NCBI GenBank assembly: GCA_028702135.1
Contig: JAQVPJ010000010.1
Span: 3,114 to 67,113, forward strand
Source of the DNA: Eubacteriales bacterium
GTDB taxonomy: Bacteria; Bacillota; Clostridia; Oscillospirales; CAG-382
Direction: 5' to 3'
Length of the DNA stretch: 64,000 nt
Below, piece by piece: positions 27,003 to 36,687 of this stretch. The number at the start of each line of letters is the position of its first letter. Position 1 is the stretch's first letter. The notes under the pieces are model-generated. The model was not told the DNA's origin. It saw nothing but the letters and a program-made list of their open reading frames with translations, and ran no database searches. The position numbers and the translations under genes were made by a program.

Positions 27003-27031
27003 TTGACTTTTTTTAGTATATACTATATAAT
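27003..27031 (+). promoter_or_regulatory. Near-consensus sigma-A promoter with no downstream annotated gene
   Basis: TTGACT (27003-27008), 17 nt, TATAAT (27026-27031). Confidence 0.6.
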
Positions 27032-27037
27032 ATAGAC

Positions 27038-27372
27038 ATAGGAAACAGGGAGCAGTACGCCGGATTTTGTCGGTATGCAAAAGAAGGGGGGCGAGTCCGT
27101 TGGCAGACGAAATTCCACAGCCTTGCGATAATGCATGCGAAAAGAACGTGGAACTTAAAACGGGCTGCGTTTTCGTTTATCGGGAGCTGCACCAATAAAA
27201 AACCAAGCCTTATCAGGCAAAAGGATGCTTCTGATCGTAAAATATATACGTAAAAAACCGCCGGTCAGATGCTGATTATCAAGGGTTAAATTATATGCGT
27301 TGCACTCGCCGCTGAAATAGTATGGGTTATTGCAGGCTGTCAAAGTATAAAGGAAACAGCTTTTTTTCTCAC
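27038..27372 (+). ncRNA. Candidate structured non-coding transcript, family not recognised
   Basis: The segment starts after the promoter above and is GC-richer than neighbouring spacers. It contains several hairpins: ccgg/ucgg at 27061-27074, aaaacg/cgtttt at 27157-27173, and gcttctgatcg/cggtcagatgc at 27227-27270. It ends in aggctgt...acagctt followed by TTTTTT (27334-27367). No plus-strand ORF of 60 aa or more is present. Confidence 0.3.
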
Positions 27373-27511
27373 AAAAATAGATACTTAATTTATTATAGAG
27401 AGCTGCTCCGTTTCTTGGCTATTGACGAAAAAGTGGATGATGGTGAGCTAAAAAGCGTGACTGCGGTATTCTATATCGCAAAAAACATATAGCATTATTT
27501 TACAAAAGAAT

Positions 27512-27550
27512 AAAACCACTTATCTTTGCATACAAAGGTAAGTGGCTTTT
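27512..27550. terminator. Bidirectional terminator downstream of the GT2 gene
   Basis: ccacttatctttg pairs with caaaggtaagtgg. The hairpin is flanked by AAAA on one side and TTTT on the other. Confidence 0.7.
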
Positions 27551-27569
27551 TATTACAGTATTTTTTGGC

Positions 27570-28511
27570 TTATTTTAAATATGTTTCTATTATATAACGC
27601 GGTCTGTGCTTTGATTCCATATAGGTTTTTCCTATATATTCGCCGACAATACCGGTAGATAGGAACTGAAAACCGAAAAACGCACATGCCAATGCCGTAT
27701 AAAAAATTTTGTCTCCGAATTCTCTGCCGCATAAGAATAAAACAAAGAGAGTCAAAAGCATGCAGATACCCGCAAATAGAGACAATGCGCCGACAAAGGA
27801 GATCATTTTTATCGGCTTTACGGAAAAGGATGTTATCCCGTCCCATGCGAACGAAAGCATCTTTTTAAGAGGATATTTTGATTCTCCGGCAAAGCGTTTT
27901 TCCCTTTTGTAGGATACCGTGGTGCTTTTGAATCCGATAAGCGGTACAATACCTCTTAAAAACAAATTTACTTCACTAAATTTCTCCATACTCTCAAGTG
28001 CGCGTTTTGACATAAGCCTGTAATCGGCGTGATTGTAAACTGTTTCGACACCCATACAACTCATCAGCTTGTAAAAAAGAAGCGCTGTGCTTTTTTTAAA
28101 AAAGGAATCAGTCTTACGGGAACTCCTGACTCCGTATACAACCTCACAACCTTCTTCATACCTCAAGAGCATTTCGTCGATAGCGTCGGTATCATCCTGT
28201 AAATCCGCATCGAGTGAGATTGCAGTATCGCAATGCTCTTTTACGGTCATCAGACCGGCAAGAAGTGCATTCTGGTGGCCCTTGTTCCTTGACAGCTTTA
28301 TTCCCTGAAAAACAGGGTTTTGTCCGTGAAGGCCCTCGATAATATTCCAGGTATCATCCTTTGAGCCATCGTCAACGAATACGATCCTGCTCTCGGGAGA
28401 AATCCTGTTTTCTACGATAAGGTCGCTTACCTTTTTCAAGAGCCTTTTTGAAGTCTCGGGCAGAACCTCCTGCTCGTTATAACATGGAACAACTAAATAC
28501 AGCTTGTTCAT
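27570..28511 (-). CDS. GT2 polyprenyl-phosphate glycosyltransferase (GtrB/CsbB-like)
   Basis: YLVVPCYNEQEVL, FVDDGSKDDT, DXD as SLDADLQDD, and two C-terminal TM helices, over ~313 aa. Confidence 0.85.
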   Translation of the reverse strand: MNKLYLVVPCYNEQEVLPETSKRLLKKVSDLIVENRISPESRIVFVDDGSKDDTWNIIEGLHGQNPVFQGIKLSRNKGHQNALLAGLMTVKEHCDTAISLDADLQDDTDAIDEMLLRYEEGCEVVYGVRSSRKTDSFFKKSTALLFYKLMSCMGVETVYNHADYRLMSKRALESMEKFSEVNLFLRGIVPLIGFKSTTVSYKREKRFAGESKYPLKKMLSFAWDGITSFSVKPIKMISFVGALSLFAGICMLLTLFVLFLCGREFGDKIFYTALACAFFGFQFLSTGIVGEYIGKTYMESKHRPRYIIETYLK

Positions 28512-28513
28512 TT

Positions 28514-30661
28514 CTACCTCCAGAATTCAATCAATCTTTCAAGAGAATATAGTGTCGGTGTTAAGTCGTCGGAAATATATCTGCCGATAACAAAATTGTA
28601 ATACTGACCAAAATTGACGATCAGGCATAAAAATGTCGATATAACAAATGCTGCTCCGGCGATTTTATGAACGCTCTCGTTCCCGAGGTATTTTAATAAA
28701 ACAAATATAATCAGCAGCGCACCTATCAACATCTGCCATGAGAAATCGGCGTTGTATCTTACGGCGTAGCCGCTCTCCCAGACCGAGAAAATTATCACCA
28801 GCGGTGCGATGACGCAGGGCAGCAATACCAAAATGAGCGTTTTTTTTCTTTTAGTGCTTTCAAGCAGAAAATATGCTTTTTTAGACAGGAAATACCCGAA
28901 CATAGGCAACGCACGGAAAAACAGCCCGATTGAGATACCGCTGATATGCTTATCATCTACAAAATAATACCCGTTTGTGCCGAACTCCTGAAATGACGAA
29001 TAAACGAATGGGAATTGCGGTTGAAAATACGGAGCAGCAAAAAGAAACGCATATGTGATCATCAAAACAAACTGTATATGAAACTCCGACTGGGTAAAAT
29101 CGTTTATTGTAAGGGAGTACTTAATGCCGAAATCGAGCGGAGAACCGAACCGGGAGTAATTATACGCCATCTGTATACTGCCGAATATGATAAAGGGCAG
29201 TAAAGAACACAAAAGATATTTAACCGTCTTTGACCAGTTGCAGTCCTTTTCGCTTCTCTGCTTTTTATAACCGTAATAAAAAAACGGAAGTGATGCTATG
29301 CAGTAAACCGCAAGTGTAGGTCTGCACAACACAGCAAGAGAAAGGAAGGTTGCCGCAAGCGCTCCTCTTGCCTTTGATATCTTTCCTTCTCCGACAACGT
29401 TTGATGTTATAAGATAATAAGCGCCGGCGAGCGTACAGGCAAATCCTGAAGAAATCGCAATCTCATAAAACGCTGCCCGACATATAGACATCCATATGCC
29501 CGATGAGATTTGCAGCATTATCAGACCCATGATGATATAATTTATCTGTAAACTACCGAACCATTTTCGTATGATTGCAAGGTAAAACTTCGACATAAAC
29601 AGAATACCGATCATTCCGAAAAGTAAAACCGACCACAAGCAGGGAAAATAATAGCCGGTAATAAGATGATAGGGAAGGAACAAAAGAACTACCGGTGCGA
29701 TTCCGTAATAGGAGTAATAGCTGCCCTCATAATAAACATGGTCCCAGAGATATGATATCCCGCTTTCTCTTCTCTGGCTTGGATCATAAGGATTATCAAG
29801 TTCGGCAAGTGCCGCCGGCGGTTCGGCAAGCAGTTTTATCTGACCTTGCTCAAACGCCTCGACAAGCTCGCTTGTAATCTGGTCGCCATTATCCGATGTG
29901 AAATCCTCAGCAAGAGAACCGCCAAAATCGGTTCTGTAAAGTGCGGACATTAGTACCGCTACGATAAGGAACAAACAGGTAATAATAATGATCTTATTAT
30001 CGCAGTATTTTTGGTTATCCGAGTAGGACTTTTTCATCTCGGCGGAATATAAAAGGAAGTACCCCGTTATTATAACAGCATATAAAAGACAGAAACGAAT
30101 GGCGGAAAACCTGAACGCTATCGGATTGTTAACGGAAATACCGGTGACTTTAACCGAATCACTGGCCAACATATCTATGTTCAACCGCAGTTTGCTGACA
30201 TTGCCCGAAAGATGCAGCGGAATGGTCTGGCTACGTTCGTCATTCTTAATTACCGTTATCTTTGCAATTCCACCGCGGTATTCACGATAAGTTGCGTCCG
30301 CGGCGTCTATTTTAACAGTAACTTCAGGAAGCTTTTCCGGACATACAAGATTAACTGTAATTGTTCCGACAGGGATATTTATATCCCTCAATTCAATTAT
30401 CGCTCTACCTGCACCCTTGGTTGTCTCCGCAACACCGTCATTTACTTTAAAATTCGTTAAGTAAACATCGTCTACAGAATAATCTCTTTTTTCGTAGTCC
30501 CCGAACAGCAAATGATAGGAATTGAAGTTGAAAACGAAAATTTCCAGAAATAAAAGAATAAAAAACCAGACAATTATCGCCCGAAAAGATTTATTAAAAC
30601 GGCGATTTCCGTCCTGTTCGCAGTTGAATATCCTGCTTTTTATCTTGCTCTTTAGTCCCAT
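28514..30661 (-). CDS. Large polytopic membrane protein, candidate GT-C-type glycosyltransferase partner of the GT2
   Basis: 715 aa: one TM helix, a ~140-aa extracytoplasmic beta-rich domain, then at least 12 TM helices with an acidic loop (LDNPYDPSQRRE...WDHVYYEG). It ends 2 nt before the GT2 start. The family was not firmly recognised. Confidence 0.5.
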   Translation of the reverse strand: MGLKSKIKSRIFNCEQDGNRRFNKSFRAIIVWFFILLFLEIFVFNFNSYHLLFGDYEKRDYSVDDVYLTNFKVNDGVAETTKGAGRAIIELRDINIPVGTITVNLVCPEKLPEVTVKIDAADATYREYRGGIAKITVIKNDERSQTIPLHLSGNVSKLRLNIDMLASDSVKVTGISVNNPIAFRFSAIRFCLLYAVIITGYFLLYSAEMKKSYSDNQKYCDNKIIIITCLFLIVAVLMSALYRTDFGGSLAEDFTSDNGDQITSELVEAFEQGQIKLLAEPPAALAELDNPYDPSQRRESGISYLWDHVYYEGSYYSYYGIAPVVLLFLPYHLITGYYFPCLWSVLLFGMIGILFMSKFYLAIIRKWFGSLQINYIIMGLIMLQISSGIWMSICRAAFYEIAISSGFACTLAGAYYLITSNVVGEGKISKARGALAATFLSLAVLCRPTLAVYCIASLPFFYYGYKKQRSEKDCNWSKTVKYLLCSLLPFIIFGSIQMAYNYSRFGSPLDFGIKYSLTINDFTQSEFHIQFVLMITYAFLFAAPYFQPQFPFVYSSFQEFGTNGYYFVDDKHISGISIGLFFRALPMFGYFLSKKAYFLLESTKRKKTLILVLLPCVIAPLVIIFSVWESGYAVRYNADFSWQMLIGALLIIFVLLKYLGNESVHKIAGAAFVISTFLCLIVNFGQYYNFVIGRYISDDLTPTLYSLERLIEFWR

Positions 30662-30740
30662 AATCTCTCCGTTGAATGCAATAATGTAATGTTAATTATT
30701 ATAACACCTTTTTATATATTTGTCCACATCATAATTCGAT

Positions 30741-30801
30741 AAAAAATTAACAGCGGTATTTCTGCAAAATATTTGCCGTATTTTGCAGAGTTTACCGCTG
30801 T
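30741..30801 (-). terminator. Long hairpin terminator after the DUF4855-like gene
   Basis: acagcggta...tctgcaaaata / tattttgcaga...taccgctgt nested stem, followed on the minus strand by aattttttt. Confidence 0.75.
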
Positions 30802-30814
30802 ATTAATGTTGTTT

Positions 30815-33376
30815 TTACTCGATATTAACTGTTATGCGCGCCGGTTCGCTGGTGCCATATCCGTAATCAACCGATATTTCAAAGTAGTCCTCGCCCTTTA
30901 TTCCATAAAGCGGAGTATATACAAAGCTCCCGTCGGAATTGAGCTGTACTGTTCCGTATTTGGGCGAAATGCCGAGCGTAAAGCCCTTTATCATATTATC
31001 GGAAACGACCGAGACTTTTCCGTTTGCCTTTTCCTCGGAGGAGCAGGAAACAGAGGTGCTTTCAGCAGCCGGTTTTGAAGGATTGAATTTTCCCTTCATA
31101 AAATTATAGGTATCCTTATAAAGTGAGTGCAGATACGCATTATTCGATTTATATGCTTCATAAATAGAACCCGGAACGCCGCCCTGATAATACATATGGA
31201 CAGCGTCGGTCATAAATCCTGTTTCGGCACCTGCCGCATAATATTTCTTCAGTCTGTCAACATGACCGGTGGCGACACCGCCTATCTCAAGTTCTATGCA
31301 CATTCCCAAAAGCTTCGCCGAAGCGGCGGCATCATATAAGCGTCTGTCGGGAACCTCAAAGTTGAATGCGAAATTAGGCTGATAGCAGGCGAGGTCAAAA
31401 CCGAGTTTATCCCATTCATTGTAACCGCTTGCCTGATAGTAGGGAATCCACGAGGTTATATAGCCCAGAGAACGTACATAATCGGTCGTATAGTCAATAA
31501 GCTCGATTATTTGACTGTCGGAGTAATCGATACCCTCAATAAACCAGTAAAAACCCTGAATATAAAGGTTCTCGTAGCCTCTGCTGTTAAAGATTCTCAG
31601 CTGTTCATCTATAAGCCACTTTACTGCGGCTTTTCTGTCCGCAAGTTTTGTAAAATCGAGGTTCCTGCCGTTTATCTCACCAAAAGAGGTCTGAGATGAA
31701 ACAGGCATAAATATGGAAAGGAACACGCTTGCCTTGTAATCGTCTTTCCCGAGAGCGGCTTTTGTCTCTCCTACCGCCTCGTTAAGCGCATCCATATTTT
31801 TCCCCTCGGTGAATTGGGTGTTGATATAAAGCTGCCAATCATCTTTTTTGAGAGTTCTTAACGCCGAGCCTTCATAAAGAAACGCGGTGTAAGGCAGAAA
31901 CATGAACGAATCGAAAAGGGTATCCTTTATTACACCGTCTTCGATATACGCTGTATGGGGGAGGTAAATCTCCTTTGTTATCGGAGCTACGTTTGGATGG
32001 CATATATAAGAGAGTAACACATCCCGTGTTCCGTTATAATCCTCAGGAGCGGCATATTTGTTCGGAAAATCAGTCTGCTTTTCTTCGTCCGGTATAATCG
32101 TTTTAGCGTTCCCGACCTTCTTTGTGCCCGTTATTTCTATCTCGTCGACATAAACATGAGTCGCCACGGGTATATAGATTTTTATATATCTCGCACGGTA
32201 ATTACCACCAAAGGTCCCGCTGACCCTTACGATATCGCTGTCCTTGGAAGCTGTGATACTCTTTATTTCTTTTAATGTCTGCCAATCCTTACCGTTTTCG
32301 GACGCTGAAACAATAACAGAGACAGGCAGGTAAACTCCTGTGGCTTTTTCCTTTAGGAAACCGAAGGAATACCCCGAAACCGCGGAGGTTTTACCTAAAT
32401 CATAGTAGATCTCTCTGCCTATTCCTCTTGTAAAACGGAACCATTGCGATGCCGAATAGGTAGCATTTTTTGAGATAATCCCATCGGTAAGGATTTTTGA
32501 GTTAACCGATGTATTATAGTTTTCCTTTGCATGTTCGCCGTCTAAAGCAGAAAGAGTGTATATCTGCTGTGTCAGACCGGATAACAAATTTTTTGGAGTA
32601 TTATAATCCTCGTCGCTCTCACTCCAGTATTCGCTCTCGCTGATAACCGGAATATCGATGTCGCCGTAATAACTATCCGGGTGTACGCCTTCGGTAACAC
32701 CCTCCTGATATTTATTAGCAAATACCTCATCAATGAATAACCATGTTGATCTCGGATGCATGCAGACAATCTTTATTTTTGTAGCGGTTACACTTTCCTG
32801 TAACTTCAGCTCGGCTTTATAGAGATCGCTTGCCTCGATTCTTACGGGGCTTGTGCTGGTTCCCAGATATTTGTATTCCCCGCCGTTGGCGATATAGAAT
32901 TCTACCTTATCGGGAATAGCTATTCCCATCGAAATATTGTTGCAAAAAGATACCCCGATATCGGCAATATCCGCAGTAGCTGTAACGAGATTTATTTCTA
33001 TCGTCAAATCCCCGTTCAGGCGGTTGTAAAAACCTGCCCAGAGTTCCTTGTTTGTGCCGCCGTAACATGAGTCGGCAAACGTACCGTCAGTAAGCACATC
33101 AGCTGTATCGGGATAATCCTCATGGGCTTTGTAGGAGACTGTATAGTTCTTTTTTTTAAGTAAGTTTGTTTTTGTAAGACTTCTATCGACTTTTCCGGTA
33201 TAGAGATTGTCGATATCTGCTTTTAAATATTCCGTTCTTTTTATTTCTTCCGATGTTTCGGACATACTCTCCGAAACAGCGTCAGAGTTTTCCTCTTTTG
33301 TGGGATCGCAGGATGCCAGGGTGGAAACAAGAAGCAGTAAAGACAACAGTAATGCGAGTTTTCCGTTCTTTTTCAT
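30815..33376 (-). CDS. Surface lipoprotein with discoidin-like domains, a DUF4855-like core and a C-terminal Ig/cadherin-like domain
   Basis: Lipobox LLLVSTLASC. Two F5/8-type-C-like segments are present. The core carries YIQGFYWFIEGIDY and WIPYYQASGYNEWDKLGFD. The C-terminus reads GTVQLNSDGSFVYTPLYGIKGEDYFEISVDYG. It has its own promoter, TTGAGA-17-TATACT. Confidence 0.55.
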   Translation of the reverse strand: MKKNGKLALLLSLLLLVSTLASCDPTKEENSDAVSESMSETSEEIKRTEYLKADIDNLYTGKVDRSLTKTNLLKKKNYTVSYKAHEDYPDTADVLTDGTFADSCYGGTNKELWAGFYNRLNGDLTIEINLVTATADIADIGVSFCNNISMGIAIPDKVEFYIANGGEYKYLGTSTSPVRIEASDLYKAELKLQESVTATKIKIVCMHPRSTWLFIDEVFANKYQEGVTEGVHPDSYYGDIDIPVISESEYWSESDEDYNTPKNLLSGLTQQIYTLSALDGEHAKENYNTSVNSKILTDGIISKNATYSASQWFRFTRGIGREIYYDLGKTSAVSGYSFGFLKEKATGVYLPVSVIVSASENGKDWQTLKEIKSITASKDSDIVRVSGTFGGNYRARYIKIYIPVATHVYVDEIEITGTKKVGNAKTIIPDEEKQTDFPNKYAAPEDYNGTRDVLLSYICHPNVAPITKEIYLPHTAYIEDGVIKDTLFDSFMFLPYTAFLYEGSALRTLKKDDWQLYINTQFTEGKNMDALNEAVGETKAALGKDDYKASVFLSIFMPVSSQTSFGEINGRNLDFTKLADRKAAVKWLIDEQLRIFNSRGYENLYIQGFYWFIEGIDYSDSQIIELIDYTTDYVRSLGYITSWIPYYQASGYNEWDKLGFDLACYQPNFAFNFEVPDRRLYDAAASAKLLGMCIELEIGGVATGHVDRLKKYYAAGAETGFMTDAVHMYYQGGVPGSIYEAYKSNNAYLHSLYKDTYNFMKGKFNPSKPAAESTSVSCSSEEKANGKVSVVSDNMIKGFTLGISPKYGTVQLNSDGSFVYTPLYGIKGEDYFEISVDYGYGTSEPARITVNIE

Positions 33377-33525
33377 TTTGTACCTCAATTTTCTGATTTG
33401 GTTCTGATATACCTGTGTAAAGGGTTTAATCATACTATTATAGTATAATATTTTTTCGCTTTTTTCTCAATATCTTAACTGACGAAATAATCACCGCATA
33501 ATTAGTTGTTTTGACCGAAAAATAT

Positions 33526-34212
33526 TTACTGTTCATCAAGAGCGTATTTTTTCTTAATACGCTCAAGCTTTTCTCCTATCGGCCGTGAGAGCAAAAACAG
33601 GAATATTACGTTGGAAACCGCATAAATCGCCGTATAGGGAAGGGATGCCGTAAGTGTAACGAGATATAGAGCTGCATTAAAAGTGTTGTCAATCCATAAT
33701 ACCGACCAGACATCCATAAGAAGAGAATAAACCACACCGGCAAAAGCCCCGTACAGGTATAAGAGCAGTCTGTTCGTTTTCAGTTTTTTTGAGAAAATAC
33801 CCGCAACGAATCCAATCATGCCCCAGGTCAGCATCTGAAACGGCGTCCATGGTCCCTGTCCGAAATACATATTGGATATAAGTGCGGAAAAGGAACCGCA
33901 TAAAAAGCCCGCTTCGCTTCCGAAGTGAATTGCGGTGATGACGACAAAGGCGGTGACGGGTTTAAAGCCTGGAACAAGCGTGAACAAAAAGCGTCCACCG
34001 ACTGAAAGTGCCGTCATTACCGATATTAGTATCAGTTTTCGGGTGCTCGATTTCTTCTTTTCAAACGTAAGAAAAAATCCCACACAGGAAAGTATGGCTA
34101 TGGTTATGGAAATAAACGCATACTGCTTATCCTTAAAAACCCGCGTCCCGATAAAAATAGCGGCGGGGACACAGAAAAGCAGCAGGAAATATTTAAGAGT
34201 CTTCCTTATCAT
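33526..34212 (-). CDS. ECF transporter substrate-specific (S) component, candidate cobalamin-specific (CbrT-like)
   Basis: 228 aa with six hydrophobic helices. It is the last gene of the riboswitch-controlled ECF operon and overlaps the ATPase gene by 20 nt. Confidence 0.65.
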   Translation of the reverse strand: MIRKTLKYFLLLFCVPAAIFIGTRVFKDKQYAFISITIAILSCVGFFLTFEKKKSSTRKLILISVMTALSVGGRFLFTLVPGFKPVTAFVVITAIHFGSEAGFLCGSFSALISNMYFGQGPWTPFQMLTWGMIGFVAGIFSKKLKTNRLLLYLYGAFAGVVYSLLMDVWSVLWIDNTFNAALYLVTLTASLPYTAIYAVSNVIFLFLLSRPIGEKLERIKKKYALDEQ

Positions 34213-35836
34213 TTTTCACTCCGTTTTGGCGGCAAAGTTCAATTGCAGCTTCTGCTGTTATGATATTGTCATATATACCCCTTGTCATACGGTTGACGGA
34301 GGTGGTATAAAAGCTGTTGTCCGAGAAAAATGCCGATGGGACATCGCAGGAAACTATTTCACCGCCAAAGAACAGTGCGCATCTATCGGCGCATCCGGCG
34401 GCGAATTCCAGATCGTGGGTAACGATTACAATCGTCATTCCTTCTGACTTTAGTTTGTCGAGGATTTTTGCTATTCTGCGTTTCATAAACGCGTCCATCC
34501 CCTTTGTCGGTTCATCAAGGAGCAGCAGGCGCGGCTTTTGCATCAATACTTTAGCAAGAGCGCATAGCTGTTGTTCTCCTCCGCTTAAGTCGTACGGATG
34601 CTTGTCGAGCAGCCCTGTGATATCAAAGGGAAAAGACATCAAATCACTGTCTATTTCCGCAAGATCCGCGCGTACGGTTTTTTCTGAAAATACCGTCTGC
34701 ACATCCTGAGGCAGCAGAGCGAGATTGTTTTTATACAAATCGCCGTTTCTGTAGTCAGCTATTTTTTTTCCGAAAACGGTTATTCTACCCGAATAAGCTT
34801 TTAGAATTCCCGCACAAACACCCAGAGCGGTCGTCTTGCCGGAAGCGTTTCCGCCCAAAATGCAATATATCTCGTTTTCATAAACAGTAAGGTTTGTTCC
34901 GCAAAGTATATCAGGCAGGTCTTTACCATACCTGAAATAGATGTCCTTCATCTCCAGAGCCGCTTTGCTTTTATGCGTGTAAGGCTTCTCGGTGAAGCTT
35001 TTTATTCTATTTGCGAAATTTTCCTCAATAAACCTTCTCCCCTCCTTTACACTTATCGGGCAGGGAGCATCTACATTCAGACCGTTATATATTCTCACAG
35101 CCGCCGGCATTGAGTGCAGCATCGGGTCGCTTTTACTGAGAGCTTTGCATACTATCTCCGGTGAATCAAATTTTTGCATACCGCCTTCTTTCATGAGAAG
35201 CACCTTATCTGCGGCAGGGAAAACATCCTCAAGTCTGTGTTCCGACATGATTATAGTTAAGGAAAGCTCACGGTTAAGCTTCTGCAAGGTTGCGAAAAAA
35301 TCCGAAGCCGCTATCGGGTCAAGCTGTGAAGTCGGTTCGTCGAGAATGAGTATTTTAGGCTGGGTTACCATTACCGAGGCGAGGTTTAAAAGCTGCTTCT
35401 GACCACCTGAAAGCTCGTCAACATCCCTGAAAAACCAATCCTCAATACCGAAGTAGCTTGACATCTCGCAAATACGCCGCTTTATGACGGGGGAGGGCAG
35501 ACCCATATTTTCAAGCCCGAATGAAAGCTCGTGCCACACTTTATCATTTATAATCTGATTTTCCGGATTCTGCATTACAAATCCTATTTCAAAGCAGGCT
35601 GAACGCGCGTCAAGGTTTTCGGTATCAGTACCTTTATAATAAATATTACCGCTTTTTTTGCCGGCGGGGGAGAGTTCACGTTTTATCAGCTGTAAGAGTG
35701 TTGTTTTACCGCACCCTGTCTTTCCGCAGATAACGATGAATTCACCGCTATATATTTTTAATGAAATATTTTCCAAGGCCTTTTTTTCGGAATCAGGATA
35801 CGAAAAGCTCAGATTTTTGATTTCAAGCAACGCCAT
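34193..35836 (-). CDS. ECF transporter fused tandem ATPase (EcfA-EcfA')
   Basis: Two ABC modules. Walker A motifs GKTGCGKTT and GGNASGKTT; signatures LSGGQKQLL and LSGGEQQLC; Walker B motifs ILILDEP and LLLLDEP. Confidence 0.9.
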   Translation of the reverse strand: MALLEIKNLSFSYPDSEKKALENISLKIYSGEFIVICGKTGCGKTTLLQLIKRELSPAGKKSGNIYYKGTDTENLDARSACFEIGFVMQNPENQIINDKVWHELSFGLENMGLPSPVIKRRICEMSSYFGIEDWFFRDVDELSGGQKQLLNLASVMVTQPKILILDEPTSQLDPIAASDFFATLQKLNRELSLTIIMSEHRLEDVFPAADKVLLMKEGGMQKFDSPEIVCKALSKSDPMLHSMPAAVRIYNGLNVDAPCPISVKEGRRFIEENFANRIKSFTEKPYTHKSKAALEMKDIYFRYGKDLPDILCGTNLTVYENEIYCILGGNASGKTTALGVCAGILKAYSGRITVFGKKIADYRNGDLYKNNLALLPQDVQTVFSEKTVRADLAEIDSDLMSFPFDITGLLDKHPYDLSGGEQQLCALAKVLMQKPRLLLLDEPTKGMDAFMKRRIAKILDKLKSEGMTIVIVTHDLEFAAGCADRCALFFGGEIVSCDVPSAFFSDNSFYTTSVNRMTRGIYDNIITAEAAIELCRQNGVKNDKEDS

Positions 35837-36687
35837 TTAATTTTCTCCTTAATGTAATAAAAAAGCGGTAAAAATGAGAGTAAAGCATATGCCGAATAGG
35901 TTATTACCGAATAAGCGGAAAACTGCACCCTGCTTAAAACAGGGTAGAAAGTAAATCCGGTATAAGAAAGAGAGATACCGGCAACAGCTGCCGTCGCGAA
36001 TATTACGCATAGAGCGGTCAGGTATAAGTCTTTTTTTGAGAAGCGGTAAACCAAAAAACGACTGCGTCCTTCAAGTCCATAGCCCCTCGCTCTCATAGAA
36101 TCAGCTGTGTCTATTGCGTTTTCGAGTGACCATGTTACCGAAACCGAAAAAACCCTGATTACGCTTTTTATACGATTAGTAAAACTATCCTCTGGGTACA
36201 TTCCCATCGCCTTTTGAGCTTCACTTATCCTTACGGTTTGTTTGCGAAGAAGCGGTACATAACGTAGTGCGGCTGTCAGGATTACCGAGAGCCCGGGCAG
36301 AGCACCACCAAACAGATACAGCAGCTTTTCGCTTGTCATTATCAACGAAAAGGACTTAAACCAGAATATGACCGAAATAATCATAGCGGAGGTGCATACG
36401 CCGTAAACGGTTGCCTCAAGGGTTATCGGGTTTCCGTTCAGAAAAAAAAGCGGAGTGCTACCGTTATGTGAAAACAAAGGGTTTACAATGGCAATAAGAA
36501 CAAACATAACGAAAAAAAACAGAATTTCGTTTAAAAAACGTTCTTTTTTTATAACGGCATACAAGCTGACCGAAGCACACAGCGAAATAAAGGTTATTAT
36601 AGGATTGCTCACGAACATCGCGATAAAAATCACAGGAGCAAAATACAAAAACAGAGCGGCCGGATGGAAAACAAAAAACGATCTCAT
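35809..36687 (-). CDS. ecfT: ECF transporter transmembrane T component (EcfT/CbiQ family)
   Basis: Multi-TM protein with the conserved coupling motif region (DTADSMRARGYGLEGR). The ATG at 36687 overlaps the upstream TGA (ATGA coupling). Confidence 0.8.
   Translation of the reverse strand: MRSFFVFHPAALFLYFAPVIFIAMFVSNPIITFISLCASVSLYAVIKKERFLNEILFFFVMFVLIAIVNPLFSHNGSTPLFFLNGNPITLEATVYGVCTSAMIISVIFWFKSFSLIMTSEKLLYLFGGALPGLSVILTAALRYVPLLRKQTVRISEAQKAMGMYPEDSFTNRIKSVIRVFSVSVTWSLENAIDTADSMRARGYGLEGRSRFLVYRFSKKDLYLTALCVIFATAAVAGISLSYTGFTFYPVLSRVQFSAYSVITYSAYALLSFLPLFYYIKEKIKWRCLKSKI

Noticed and set aside
27013-27343. Two minus-strand ORFs of 60 and 62 aa in the gene-free locus.
   Set aside because: They have no RBS and no recognisable domain, and they overlap each other's region in a GC-rich structured segment. 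They are more likely chance ORFs.
27038-27372. The candidate RNA was tested by eye against tmRNA, RNase P, 6S, SRP RNA, cobalamin and yybP-ykoY riboswitches.
   Set aside because: The hallmark sequences are absent: the tRNA-like 3' end, GGAAAGUCC / ACAGNRA, the GGUGAAAAUCC-type core with a B12 box, and four-way junction spacing. There are only short coincidental matches. The RNA is left unclassified.
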